Of a DNA stretch of 64,000 nucleotides, positions 45,790-55,163 are shown one piece after another. Below the pieces are notes generated by a model, which searched no databases, had not been told where the DNA came from, and saw nothing but the letters and a program-made list of their open reading frames with translations. How positions within the stretch are numbered: position 1 is the stretch's first letter; every line of letters begins with the position of its first letter. Position numbers and translations under genes: made by a program. This DNA is from Alphaproteobacteria bacterium (GTDB lineage: Bacteria; Pseudomonadota; Alphaproteobacteria; Rickettsiales; SXRF01), in the NCBI GenBank assembly GCA_020049775.1, contig JAGVLO010000014.1:65945-129944 (forward strand), written 5' to 3'.

Positions 45790-45864
45790 TGGCTGGGGCG
45801 CCAGGGATCGAACCTGGGAATGGCGGTACCAAAAACCGCTGCCTTACCGCTTGGCTACGCCCCA
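45790..45864 (-). tRNA. tRNA-Gln (anticodon UUG), CCA encoded
   Basis: The reverse complement reads UGGGGCG-UA-GCC-AAGCGGUAA-GGC-A-GCGGU-UUUUGGU-ACCGC-CAUUC-CCAGG-UUCGAUC-CCUGG-CGCCCCA-G-CCA. It folds as a cloverleaf, has anticodon loop UU-UUG-GU, and is close to E. coli tRNA-Gln as I remember it. Confidence 0.93.
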
Positions 45865-45937
45865 GCACGTTGGCGAAAATTGTCATAAGGGAAAGATGCG
45901 GGTGATGCAACAGTTTAATCACCCTGAACACTCGGAC

Positions 45938-46258
45938 TTAACTGCTGGTTTTTTCCTGAACCCAACTTAAAAATGGCAAATGCCCAGCTTCTATAGGCCA
46001 TGCAGTGACACACGGCATATCATAGCTATGCAATGATTTAATCAATTCAATCGCGGTATTGAGTGCATGGCCTGATGTCTTTGCTATCAGCGCAACCTCG
46101 CTCTCCTGCTGTATTTCTGCCTGCCAGCGGTAAACCGATGTTATGCCGTCAACCACGTCCACACAAGCAACCGCATGTTTTTCCACCAGTTGCCGCGCAA
46201 CAGAAAGTGCTTCTGCACGGTTAGGAAATGTGCTATAGACCAGCCATATATCAGTCAT
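45938..46258 (-). CDS. cutA: Divalent-cation tolerance protein CutA
   Basis: 106 aa. LVYSTFPNRAEALSVARQLVEKHAVACVDV...TSVYRWQAEIQQESEVALIAKT is the typical CutA1 pattern. Confidence 0.85.
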   Translation of the reverse strand: MTDIWLVYSTFPNRAEALSVARQLVEKHAVACVDVVDGITSVYRWQAEIQQESEVALIAKTSGHALNTAIELIKSLHSYDMPCVTAWPIEAGHLPFLSWVQEKTSS

Positions 46259-46287
46259 CGTGTGTATATATAAAAGGTTTTGATAAC

Positions 46288-46995
46288 ATGAACTTACGCA
46301 CCCTGCTTATTATCGCTGTCCTTGCACTGCCGATTGTGGTGTTTGCCATATTATCACAATCTGGCACGCAGTCACCGAAAACGCAACAAGCACCCCAGAC
46401 ACCTGCTACTCCAGCGGCATCTAATCCGGTTGCGGCACCACCTCCCGCAGCTCCGCAGGCTGCTGCCCCAGCTATACAACAACCGCCGGCTGCTGATGTA
46501 ACTCAAACAGGTGGCGTATCGGCCCCGTCTGTATTACTTCCTCCACTGGATAATAATAGTGCTGCCGCAGCTATTGCGCCTACAGCTCAGGTAACGCTTG
46601 ATCAGGCACGTGAAAAAGTGAAATCACGGCTTGCAGAACTGGAAAAATTGACGCCTGCACAATGGCCAGAAGAACGTAAGAAACACCCCAATGCTCCGGC
46701 AACTTTACAGCAGGCACTTGACTATAACCGCAACCGCCTATCGAAACTTTCTTCCATGACAGAGTCGCAATGGGAAACTGAACAGCAGACCAATGCTGCA
46801 AAAGCGCAAAAATGGAATGAACTCAATCCCCAGCAACGGGTTGAGCTGATTGAGAAACAACAACAGCGGTTGCAGGATTTGAAGCAAGAGGTCCAGCAAC
46901 CCGCAGCGTCTGTAACAAATTCTCCTGACGCACCGGCCCCTGCTTCATTGGTACCCGTACCCACGGAGATGCCAGCGCCTGCTGCAACACGCTAA
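46288..46995 (+). CDS. Secreted/membrane-anchored Pro/Ala/Gln-rich hypothetical protein
   Basis: The track ORF is 46228-46995. The more plausible start is ATG 46288 (MNLRTLLIIAVLALPIVVFAILS, a signal/anchor), followed by low-complexity PAAPQAAAP and a Gln-rich helical region. Confidence 0.5.
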   Translation: MNLRTLLIIAVLALPIVVFAILSQSGTQSPKTQQAPQTPATPAASNPVAAPPPAAPQAAAPAIQQPPAADVTQTGGVSAPSVLLPPLDNNSAAAAIAPTAQVTLDQAREKVKSRLAELEKLTPAQWPEERKKHPNAPATLQQALDYNRNRLSKLSSMTESQWETEQQTNAAKAQKWNELNPQQRVELIEKQQQRLQDLKQEVQQPAASVTNSPDAPAPASLVPVPTEMPAPAATR

Positions 46996-46997
46996 TC

Positions 46998-48551
46998 CTA
47001 CAGAGATTTACGGCGTAGCCAGCGTTTGGTTGTATCGCGTATATTCATAGCGTTGAGTATAAAACTTATCAGGAAATAGACAAACATACCGGTTGAAACC
47101 AGCGTCAGCAACAGGCTGAAGCGCAAAAGCTCATCCGCTTCCTTCATAAGTAGAAGCGCGTGCGGCTGCATCACATAAAGCACCGCAACCATCATAGCGC
47201 AGGCAGCAACAATTTTTAGCACCTGCCTTATAAGGTTTGCCTCTATTGCCATCCAGTCACGGCGCAGCAGCACAACGACCATAAGTGCCACATTCAGCCA
47301 TCCGGCAATCGATGTCGCCAGTGCCATGCCCACATGTTTCAGCGGCATCATCAGTATCAGGTTCAGCACCAGATTGACGACAATGCAGACCAGCGCAATC
47401 TTGAACGGTGTCTTGGTGTCCTGATTGGCAAAAAAGGAAGGCGATAATATTTTAATAAGTATGAAGGCGGGAAGGCCAAACGCAAACGCCATTAGCGCTT
47501 TGTAAGTAGCGGCAGTTTCCACCGCGCCAAACGCGCCGCGCTGGAACATTGCGGCAATCACAGGCTCGGCTATCATCATCAGCGCTGCCGCCGACGGCAG
47601 GCTCAGAAACAGCGCCAACGCAATAGCGCGGTTCTGGCTCTGACGCGCCTCCTCAAGCTTGCCTTCACGTAGCTGGCGCGTAAGCATCGGCAGCAAAGCC
47701 GTACCCACGGCAATGCCAATAACCGCTAGCGGCAGCTCGTTGATACGGTCGGCATAATAAAGATAGGACACGCCGCTGTCGAAATAGGTCGCGATGATGG
47801 TGTCAATAAAAAGGTTGATCTGCGCTACTCCTGCTCCCAGCGCAACGGGCGCAATTAGCACCAGTAGTTTTTTTACATCCGCCGTCAGGCGCGGGCGCAG
47901 GAATTTTGGCAGCAGGCCTTCTTTATAACAAAACCATACCATCCATAGCCACTGCGCAATACCGGACATCATAACAGCAATCGCCAGCGAATGCGCACCG
48001 GTTGGGGTAAACGGGTCAATATAAAAGGGAATGATAATCAGGCAGAGGTTCATAATAATAGGTGCGGCGGCGGCCGCCGCGAATTTATGCACGCTGTTAA
48101 GCACCCCGCCCAGCAACGACACCAGCGAGATAAATAATATGTACGGCATGGTGATGCGCGTCAGCGTTACTGCCAATGTGAATTTCACGGGGTCTTTGAC
48201 AAAGCCGAACGCCAGCACCTGCATAATCCACGGCATAAAAATAATAAACAAGCCGGTAACTATCAACAAAATGAGAGTCAGGAACGACATGGCCTCGCTG
48301 GAAAACTGGCGGGCCTTGTCCTTGCCTTCAGAAGACATCATACCCGCATACATAGGCACAAAAGCCGAGTTGAACGCGCCTTCGGCAAACAGACGGCGCA
48401 AGTAATTGGGAAGTTTAAAGGCGACAAAAAATGCGTCTGACAAATGGCTGGCACCAAGGCCGGAGGCAATCGTTATATCGCGCACAAAGCCAAGCACACG
48501 CGACATAAGCGTGTAAATACCAATGGTCGCTGTTGATCTAATTAAGGACAT
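46998..48551 (-). CDS. murJ: Lipid II flippase MurJ (MviN)
   Basis: The N-terminus SRVLGFVRDITIASGLGASHLSDAFFVAFKLPNYLRRLFAEGAFNSAFVPMY is highly characteristic. The protein is 517 aa and polytopic. Confidence 0.92.
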   Translation of the reverse strand: MSLIRSTATIGIYTLMSRVLGFVRDITIASGLGASHLSDAFFVAFKLPNYLRRLFAEGAFNSAFVPMYAGMMSSEGKDKARQFSSEAMSFLTLILLIVTGLFIIFMPWIMQVLAFGFVKDPVKFTLAVTLTRITMPYILFISLVSLLGGVLNSVHKFAAAAAAPIIMNLCLIIIPFYIDPFTPTGAHSLAIAVMMSGIAQWLWMVWFCYKEGLLPKFLRPRLTADVKKLLVLIAPVALGAGVAQINLFIDTIIATYFDSGVSYLYYADRINELPLAVIGIAVGTALLPMLTRQLREGKLEEARQSQNRAIALALFLSLPSAAALMMIAEPVIAAMFQRGAFGAVETAATYKALMAFAFGLPAFILIKILSPSFFANQDTKTPFKIALVCIVVNLVLNLILMMPLKHVGMALATSIAGWLNVALMVVVLLRRDWMAIEANLIRQVLKIVAACAMMVAVLYVMQPHALLLMKEADELLRFSLLLTLVSTGMFVYFLISFILNAMNIRDTTKRWLRRKSL

Positions 48552-48919
48552 TATGATTTGCCAAGCAGCACGTCTCGCGCTTGGTTGATTTTTGCTGCGA
48601 GATAATCACTGCCGCCCTGATCGGGATGGTTTCTCTGAATCAGCTTGCGATGCGCCAGTTTAATTTCTTCCTCCGATGCCTTGGATTGTATGCCCAATAT
48701 CAGCGACGCCTCTTCATGCGTCATGCGTGCGCTGGGTGAACCTTGCTGCTGCGTATTCTGTTCGGCCTGCTTCAGGTATGGCAATAAAAATGGCAAAAGC
48801 GCCAGAATGCTGGCGAGCGGCGTACGCGTGAGACGCGAGAGCAGTATGGCAGCGCCAAGTACACCACCTACGGACAACCAGTCCTTAGCCCATTGTCTAT
48901 TACGGTTATTTTGTGCCAT
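48551..48919 (-). CDS. Small membrane-anchored J-domain protein (DnaJ-like)
   Basis: A TM segment is followed by the J domain EEASLILGIQSKASEEEIKLAHRKLIQRNHPDQGGSDYLAAKINQARDVLL, which carries the HPD motif. Confidence 0.8.
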   Translation of the reverse strand: MAQNNRNRQWAKDWLSVGGVLGAAILLSRLTRTPLASILALLPFLLPYLKQAEQNTQQQGSPSARMTHEEASLILGIQSKASEEEIKLAHRKLIQRNHPDQGGSDYLAAKINQARDVLLGKS

Positions 48920-48959
48920 GCAAACAATCCGGCTGGAGTAATGTGGATGGCACGCGCGA

Positions 48960-49925
48960 TTATGCCAGTTCAGCTACGTCTTGTTTAACCGCGACACTGG
49001 CAGTAACGGCAACCGGCGCCTCATCTTCTTTTTCAGCATCAATCTTGGTAGATTCCGCACTGGTCTTGGCAAGACGCTCATCCAGAAGCGGGATTTGCAG
49101 CATCTTCAGAAGATCGCGTACTTCCTGACGCGCCGCAATATGCGACATGGAAAGGCTGCCGCTACCTGCTTCCATGATGTCGAGTACGGTGAGTCCCTGC
49201 AAGAACATTTCGCGGAAAATCACGCGCTCGGAAAAGCCCGGCGCAAGGCGGAAACCGATGCGGCGTGACAATTCGATAGACACCTGCGTGATAAAGCGTT
49301 TGTTCTTGGCGTCAATGTTGCTTAAGCGGTTGCGCATTACAATCCACTCGATCGAGCCACCATCACGCTTGGCACGCTGCAATTTCTGCTCCCACACCAT
49401 TTCACTGTAGATGCTGGGGCGGATGATTTTCATGGTCTGCCCGTCCACCGTCGCCAGCACATCAAGGTCAACGAAGCTGTCATTAATCGGTGTAATCACC
49501 GTGTCGGCATAAGCATGGGCGGTGCGCGACAGGAACGTGTCGCTGCCAGGGCTATCGATAACGATGAAATCATTGACTGAAGCGAGTTTTTCTAGCGCCT
49601 TGGTAAAGCGGTCACGCTCATCTTCCTCGGCATCCTGCACGATGTTGAACGGGCTGCGCTGGATGATGACATGCTGCGGCTGCGGCAGGTCAACACCTTC
49701 TTTCAGCATGGTCTGCCTGCGGTTTTCGAGATAGCGGGAGAGCGAACGCTGGCGCGAGTCAATGTCCATGCTGCCGACATTGAAGCCAAGGCGCAACAAG
49801 GAAATTATCAGATGCATTCCAGTGGTGGTCTTGCCGGAACCGCCTTTTTCGTTGCCGAGTACAATCACATAAGCCTTCTTCGCAGGCGCTGTCATACCTG
49901 ACGATGAAAAGATAGGTTGATTCAT
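48960..49925 (-). CDS. mipZ: MipZ-like ParA-family ATPase (division-plane positioning)
   Basis: VIVLGNEKGGSGKTTTGMHLIISLL...MDIDSRQRSLSRYLENRR...ITPINDSFVDLDVL...VMRNRL...HIAARQEVRDLL tracks Caulobacter MipZ as I recall it. It has an extra ~40-aa acidic C-terminal tail. Confidence 0.8.
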   Translation of the reverse strand: MNQPIFSSSGMTAPAKKAYVIVLGNEKGGSGKTTTGMHLIISLLRLGFNVGSMDIDSRQRSLSRYLENRRQTMLKEGVDLPQPQHVIIQRSPFNIVQDAEEDERDRFTKALEKLASVNDFIVIDSPGSDTFLSRTAHAYADTVITPINDSFVDLDVLATVDGQTMKIIRPSIYSEMVWEQKLQRAKRDGGSIEWIVMRNRLSNIDAKNKRFITQVSIELSRRIGFRLAPGFSERVIFREMFLQGLTVLDIMEAGSGSLSMSHIAARQEVRDLLKMLQIPLLDERLAKTSAESTKIDAEKEDEAPVAVTASVAVKQDVAELA

Positions 49926-50029
49926 GGCACGTCCTTTCGGGTCAATTTTTATTAACGCCGATTATAGCCAGCATTCCCACCGACTCAACCAAATTTACAA
50001 TATTTTGTGTTTAAAGTTTTACCCACCCA

Positions 50030-50782
50030 CTAAAAAAAGTAGTAAGCGGTCATCCCGAACCCGATGGCACTGACCAGTAAACGTATCTTTTCCACCGATA
50101 CTTTCATGGCGAGCTTCGCGCCGAAATATCCACCGGTAATTGCACCTGCCACCATCACCGCCGCCACCGGCCATATCACATGGCCGGACATAATAAATAA
50201 TGCAAACGCCACTGCGTTGATAGTACTGCCCAGCACTGTTTTCAGCGCATTCATCTGGTGAATATGGGTCATGCCCATCAGCTGCAGCATGGCCAGCATC
50301 AATATGCCGATGCCCGCGCCGAAATATCCACCATAGATGGCGATGACGAGTTGTAAAAAAACGCCCAGCAGCAAGCTGGCAGCCGTCACCTTTCCAGAAA
50401 ATTGATGCAGCAGTTTGATGCCGTGGCGACCAAATGTGAAAAGCAGCGTTGCTCCCAGAAGTAGCCATGGCACAAGCCGCTCGAAGGCGACCTCGGATGT
50501 ATTGAGGAATAATTCCGCCCCCAGAACGCTGCCAATAATGCTGACCAGTATAAACCGCCAAAGTACCTTTTTTTCTACATTTAGCTGTTTCCGGTAGCCA
50601 AAAGCGCTCGAAACACTCCCTGGCCACAGGGCAACAGTACTCATGATATTGGCCTGGAACGGAGTCATGCCGTAAAGCGTAAGCAATGGAAATGTAATGA
50701 AAGTTCCGCCGCCTGCCACCGAGTTTATGGCTCCGCCGCCTGCCGCCGCTAAAAAGAACAAGGTTATTTCTAGTAAAGTCAT
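50030..50782 (-). CDS. TauE/SafE (TSUP) family anion exporter
   Basis: 250 aa with 7-8 TM helices and the Gly-rich repeats AAGGGAINSVAGGGTFITFPLL / GYFGAGIGILMLAML typical of TSUP proteins. Confidence 0.8.
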   Translation of the reverse strand: MTLLEITLFFLAAAGGGAINSVAGGGTFITFPLLTLYGMTPFQANIMSTVALWPGSVSSAFGYRKQLNVEKKVLWRFILVSIIGSVLGAELFLNTSEVAFERLVPWLLLGATLLFTFGRHGIKLLHQFSGKVTAASLLLGVFLQLVIAIYGGYFGAGIGILMLAMLQLMGMTHIHQMNALKTVLGSTINAVAFALFIMSGHVIWPVAAVMVAGAITGGYFGAKLAMKVSVEKIRLLVSAIGFGMTAYYFF

Positions 50783-50893
50783 TGAATTAAATCAGATTTT
50801 GATTGCGCTAACCGCAATTACATGGCAAAAACGGCTGATTCGCTAACTATATATAGTGTGTAGTGCTACAATTTTGACCGCGCAAGTGCAACC

Positions 50894-51328
50894 ATGAATG
50901 AACGTTCCATCGCCATTGCTTCCGACCATGCCGGCGTCACGCTGAAAGAAATTCTGGCAAAAGAAATCGAGGCGCTTGGTTTTTCAGTGCATGATCTTGG
51001 CCCGCGCGACATGCAATCGGTCGATTACCCCGACTATGCCAACAAGCTGGCACACTGGATGAAAGACCATAGCAACTGCAAGGGCGTTTTGATTTGCGGT
51101 TCCGGCATCGGCATGAGCATCGCCGCCAACCGCCATACATGGATTCGCGCTGCACTGTGTCAGGACGGGCTGGCCGCAGCGCTTTCGCGCAAGCACAACA
51201 ACGCCAACGTGCTTTGCCTTGGCGAACGACTTATCGGCGTGGAAAACGCCAAAGACTGCGTGAGGCAGTTCTTCACAACCGATTTTGAAGGCGGGCGTCA
51301 TCAGGCGCGCGTTGCCAAACTGGGATAA
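50894..51328 (+). CDS. rpiB: Ribose-5-phosphate isomerase B
   Basis: IAIASDHAGVTLKE..., VLICGSGIGMSIAANR, NNANVLCLGERLIG and FEGGRHQARV. Confidence 0.92.
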   Translation: MNERSIAIASDHAGVTLKEILAKEIEALGFSVHDLGPRDMQSVDYPDYANKLAHWMKDHSNCKGVLICGSGIGMSIAANRHTWIRAALCQDGLAAALSRKHNNANVLCLGERLIGVENAKDCVRQFFTTDFEGGRHQARVAKLG

Positions 51329-51358
51329 TTATTCATTGATGTAAGGAATAAGGCGAAC

Positions 51359-52705
51359 ATGTCGACTGCAAAACAACCCAAGATGACACTGAGTGAAACC
51401 ATGACTAAAAATAATGCCTTCTTTGAAGACTCGCTGGCTGATGCCGATCCCGAATTGTTTGCAGCCCTGGAGGGCGAACTTCACCGCCAGCAAACACAGA
51501 TAGAACTGATTGCATCTGAGAATATCGTAAGCAACGCCGTACTGCGTGCGCAAGGCTCTGTACTCACCAACAAATATGCCGAAGGCTATCCTTCCAAGCG
51601 CTATTACGGCGGCTGCGAATTTGCTGACAAGGCAGAGAAGCTCGCCATCGACCGCGCCAAGCAGCTCTTCAACTGCACTTATGTCAACGTACAGCCCAGC
51701 TCCGGCTCGCAGGCCAATCAGGGCGTGTTCAACGCATTGTTGCAGCCGGGTGATGTTATCCTCGGCCAGTCGCTGGCCGCTGGCGGCCACCTGACGCATG
51801 GTGCCGCCCCCAACCAGTCGGGCAAATGGTTCAAGGCAGTACAGTACGGCGTTCGCCAGTCCGATTGCACCATCGATTTCGACGAAGTGGAAAAGCTGGC
51901 GCAGGAACATAAACCCAAGCTCATCATTGCCGGTTTCTCCGCATATTCACGCGTGGTTGACTGGGCGCGTTTCCGCAAAATCGCCGACAGCGTTGGTGCT
52001 TTCCTTCTGGTGGACATGGCGCATGTCGCAGGCCTCGTTGCCGCAGGCGTCTATCCCAGCCCGCTGCCGCACGCACACGTCGTTACCACCACCACGCATA
52101 AAACACTGCGCGGCCCGCGCGGCGGCATGATCCTGTCTAACGACGAGGAACTCGGCAAAAAATTCAATTCCGCTATTTTCCCCGGCATTCAGGGCGGCCC
52201 GCTGATGCATGTGATCGCAGCCAAAGCGGTTGCTTTCGGCGAAGCGCTGCAGCCTTCGTTCAAGGAATATGGCAAAGCCGTTGTAGCTAACGCGCAGGCG
52301 CTGGCCGATACGCTGGTAAAGCGTGGCGTGAACATTGTCAGCGGCGGCACCGACAACCACCTGATGCTCGTTGACCTGCGCCCGAAAAAGCTCACCGGCA
52401 AAGCCGCTGAAGAAAGCTTAGAGCGCGCTGGCCTCACCTGCAACAAAAACGCCATTCCGTTTGATCCGGAAAAGCCGTTTGTCACTTCCGGTATCCGCCT
52501 CGGCACACCGGCAGGCACAACGCGCGGCTTCGGCGTGACGGAATTCCGTCAGGTCGGAGAGCTCATCGGCGACGTACTCGACGGCCTAGCCCAAATACAA
52601 AAAAATGGGGGCGGCGATAACAGCGCCGTAGAAAAACAAGTGCGCGCACGCGTGGAAAAATTGTGCAAGTCATTCCCGATTTATCCAAACCTGAACCAGA
52701 AATAG
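51359..52705 (+). CDS. glyA: Serine hydroxymethyltransferase
   Basis: [53 protein letters not shown] and [15 protein letters not shown]. Confidence 0.96.
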   Translation: MSTAKQPKMTLSETMTKNNAFFEDSLADADPELFAALEGELHRQQTQIELIASENIVSNAVLRAQGSVLTNKYAEGYPSKRYYGGCEFADKAEKLAIDRAKQLFNCTYVNVQPSSGSQANQGVFNALLQPGDVILGQSLAAGGHLTHGAAPNQSGKWFKAVQYGVRQSDCTIDFDEVEKLAQEHKPKLIIAGFSAYSRVVDWARFRKIADSVGAFLLVDMAHVAGLVAAGVYPSPLPHAHVVTTTTHKTLRGPRGGMILSNDEELGKKFNSAIFPGIQGGPLMHVIAAKAVAFGEALQPSFKEYGKAVVANAQALADTLVKRGVNIVSGGTDNHLMLVDLRPKKLTGKAAEESLERAGLTCNKNAIPFDPEKPFVTSGIRLGTPAGTTRGFGVTEFRQVGELIGDVLDGLAQIQKNGGGDNSAVEKQVRARVEKLCKSFPIYPNLNQK

Positions 52706-52726
52706 TCTAACCATTAAGGTGTTCCT

Positions 52727-53188
52727 ATGAAATGTCCATTTTGCGGTCACGCCGATACACAAGTGAAGGATTCACGGCCAAGTGAAGATGGCCTGACCAT
52801 CCGCCGCAGGAGATATTGCCCTGAGTGCAACTCGCGCTTCACCACGTTTGAACGGGTGCAGCTGCGCGAACTTACCGTACTCAAGAAAAATGGGGAACGC
52901 CGCATGTTCGACCGCGACAAGCTGGCGCGCTCGCTGCAACTGGCACTGCGCAAACGCCCCGTGAGCAGCGAACAGCTCGAGCAACTGGTCACACGCATCA
53001 CACAAAAGCTGGAAAGCCTCGGCGAAAACGAAATCCCCACAGCGGCAATCGGTGCCACCGTCATGGAGGAGCTGAAGAAAGTGGACAGCGTCGCCTATAT
53101 CCGTTTTGCCTCGGTCTATAAAGACTTCGGCGAAGCAAGGGATTTTGAAACCATCGTCGGCGAGCTGGGAAAGAACGTAACAAAATAA
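52727..53188 (+). CDS. nrdR: Transcriptional repressor NrdR
   Basis: [44 protein letters not shown] (zinc ribbon) plus an ATP-cone. Confidence 0.95.
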   Translation: MKCPFCGHADTQVKDSRPSEDGLTIRRRRYCPECNSRFTTFERVQLRELTVLKKNGERRMFDRDKLARSLQLALRKRPVSSEQLEQLVTRITQKLESLGENEIPTAAIGATVMEELKKVDSVAYIRFASVYKDFGEARDFETIVGELGKNVTK

Positions 53189-53463
53189 TGGCAAGCCTTC
53201 GTACCATCACACAATATAGCGCAAGCATTGCCCTGATTCTGGCAATGCCTGGCTGCAACTGGGTTGGCAGGCAGGCCGACGCGCTGGGCAGCCATATGCC
53301 GGTAATTGGCGAGCGCTGCGAGCACTGGCAGTGCCTTACCAAATCAGGCCGCCAGACCAGCGAAATGTACAAGCAGCAGCAAGCAGAACAGGAAGAAGCC
53401 ACGCAGAAAGATGGCCAGAAAACGCCCGCCTACCCTTCGCAACCTGCCTATCACGGTCAATAA
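53188..53463 (+). CDS. Small hypothetical protein, possibly a lipoprotein
   Basis: 91 aa. IALILAMPGCNW resembles a (non-canonical) lipobox. It fills the nrdR-ribD gap. Confidence 0.35.
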   Translation: MASLRTITQYSASIALILAMPGCNWVGRQADALGSHMPVIGERCEHWQCLTKSGRQTSEMYKQQQAEQEEATQKDGQKTPAYPSQPAYHGQ

Positions 53464-53478
53464 TATAAGCAAACGCCT

Positions 53479-54573
53479 ATGCACGCGGATCATGAGCAGT
53501 ATATGCAGGCCGCGCTTTCACTGGCGCGGAGAAACCTTGGACAGACATGGCCTAACCCAAGCGTAGGCGCTGTCATTGTCAAGGACGGGTACATTATCGC
53601 CGAAGGTTACACTGCACGCGGTGGGCGTCCCCACGCCGAAACACAGGCTCTTGAGCAGGCAGGCGCACAAGCAAAAGACGCCACCCTGTATGTGTCGCTC
53701 GAACCATGCTCGCATCACGGTAAAACACCACCTTGCACGGAAGCGGTTATCCGCTCCGGTATCAGGCATGTTGTCTCCGCCTGCACCGACCCCAACCCTC
53801 AGGTCAGCGGCAAAGGCATAGCGCAGCTGAAAGCCGCAGGTATTGAAGTGACAGAAGGCATATGCCGCAATGAAGCATCGGCGCTCAATCGCGGTTTCTT
53901 TTCCGTCATCACCAGAAAACGTCCGTTTATCAGCCTGAAAATCGCCACATCGCTGGATGGAAAAATCGCAACAGGCAAAGGCGAAAGCAAATGGATTACG
54001 GCTGCACCAGCGCGTGAATACGCGCACATGATTCGCAGCCAGTATGACGCGGTCGCAACCGGCATCGGCACCGTACTCGCCGACGACCCGCAGCTCACCT
54101 GCCGCCTGAGCGGTCTTGAAGATAAATCGCCGGTGCGCATAGTATTTGACAGCAAACTTCGCCTTCCAGAGCAATCGAAACTAGCGCAAAATGCCCGTAA
54201 GCTGCCCGTCTGGTGCCTGCACGCCGCGAATGAACAAAACAAAAGCTTAGAATCGCTTGGCATCAAAATGCTGGCCAGCGCGGGTAAAGAACGAATTGAT
54301 ATTGCTGAAGCCATGTCGATATTGGCACAGCAAGGCATTACACGCCTTCTGGTCGAAGCAGGTGCTGTGCTTTCCACCGCCTTCTTGCAAAGCGGGCTGG
54401 TTGACCGTATGTATTGGTTTCGTGCGCCGCTGGTGATTGGCAATGACGGGCTGGCAGCATTCGGGGGCAGCTTTTCCCCTGCACTTTCACAACTGGCACG
54501 CTGGCATGCGGTTGAGCATGTAACACTGCCACCAGACAGTATGGATGTATTGGAATGTTCACCGGTATCATAA
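53479..54573 (+). CDS. ribD: Bifunctional riboflavin biosynthesis protein RibD (deaminase/reductase)
   Basis: Deaminase zinc site GRPHAETQAL...LEPCSHHGKTPPC, followed by the reductase domain ISLKIATSLDGKIA. Confidence 0.93.
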   Translation: MHADHEQYMQAALSLARRNLGQTWPNPSVGAVIVKDGYIIAEGYTARGGRPHAETQALEQAGAQAKDATLYVSLEPCSHHGKTPPCTEAVIRSGIRHVVSACTDPNPQVSGKGIAQLKAAGIEVTEGICRNEASALNRGFFSVITRKRPFISLKIATSLDGKIATGKGESKWITAAPAREYAHMIRSQYDAVATGIGTVLADDPQLTCRLSGLEDKSPVRIVFDSKLRLPEQSKLAQNARKLPVWCLHAANEQNKSLESLGIKMLASAGKERIDIAEAMSILAQQGITRLLVEAGAVLSTAFLQSGLVDRMYWFRAPLVIGNDGLAAFGGSFSPALSQLARWHAVEHVTLPPDSMDVLECSPVS

Positions 54574-55163
54574 ACAACATAGGCCATATCGAATCGGCTG
54601 AAAAGAAAGGCGACCTGAAGCTGGTCATCGCCTGCGGCTGGCCTGCCGACTCAATGGCTCTGGGTGAATCCATCGCCTGTAACGGCGCTTGCCTGACCGT
54701 TATCGACAAGGGAACACTTGCCAATGGCCGCAGCTTTTTCACCGCCGAACTTTCACAAGAAACACTAAACCGCACATCACCGCGCTGGCAGCAGGGTAAT
54801 AGACTCAATCTCGAGCGTGCCATGAAACTGGGCGACACGCTCGATGGCCACATGGTCACCGGACATGTGGACGGTATCGCCACCATACATTCCATTGCGA
54901 CGGAAGGCGATTCCTACATCCTTGCCATTGATACGCCGCAGCCGCTGGCACGTTTTATTGCCGAAAAAGGTTCGGTCACGCTCGACGGCGTTTCACTTAC
55001 CGTCAATAAGGTTTCAGGTAGCCGTTTATGGGTGAACATCATTCCCCACACATGGAAAGTCACCACACTGGGAAGCTGCAAGACGGGTGACGCCATCAAT
55101 ATAGAAATCGACATGATCGCGCGCTATGTGGCGCGTTTACTGGAAACACAGGCCGCCGTATGA
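54555..55163 (+). CDS. ribE: Riboflavin synthase (alpha chain)
   Basis: MFTGIINNIGHI..., GESIACNGACLTV, GHMVTGHVDG and SLTVN repeats. Confidence 0.93.
   Translation: MFTGIINNIGHIESAEKKGDLKLVIACGWPADSMALGESIACNGACLTVIDKGTLANGRSFFTAELSQETLNRTSPRWQQGNRLNLERAMKLGDTLDGHMVTGHVDGIATIHSIATEGDSYILAIDTPQPLARFIAEKGSVTLDGVSLTVNKVSGSRLWVNIIPHTWKVTTLGSCKTGDAINIEIDMIARYVARLLETQAAV

Larger units (their letters stand above)
31275..45864. mobile_element. ~14.5-kb integrative (defence) island inserted at the 3' end of tRNA-Gln(UUG)
   Basis: A P4-type integrase sits directly next to the tRNA 3' end, together with AlpA. There is a degenerate direct repeat of the tRNA 3' end at the far side and a shared TTCACCCAC motif at both ends. 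The cargo is R-M, a PrrC-like gene and a STAND NTPase. Parts are visibly more AT-rich than the flanking core genes. Confidence 0.7.

Noticed and set aside
31275-45864. Possible prophage
   Set aside because: There are no capsid, terminase, tail, portal, lysis or replication genes. Only integrase/AlpA-type mobility genes and defence cargo are present. It is better described as an integrative island.
45900-45925. Hairpin GGGTGAT-n11-ATCACCC downstream of cutA as a terminator
   Set aside because: The stem is only 7 bp with an 11-nt loop, and no U-tract follows on the relevant (minus) strand. That is too weak to call.
53189-53478. Looked for an FMN (RFN) riboswitch leader ahead of the rib genes
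   Set aside because: The nrdR-ribD gap is filled by a 91-aa ORF, and I could not recognise the conserved RFN core by eye. A covariance-model scan (Rfam RF00050) would be needed to exclude it formally.
50019-54895. Long alternative-frame or antisense ORFs in core genes (50019-50627, 51329-51910, 51947-52360, 53518-54174, 53799-54587, 54338-54895)
   Set aside because: Each overlaps a confidently identified gene (TauE-family, glyA, ribD, ribE). They are typical GC-rich shadow ORFs with Arg/Ala/Cys-rich translations.
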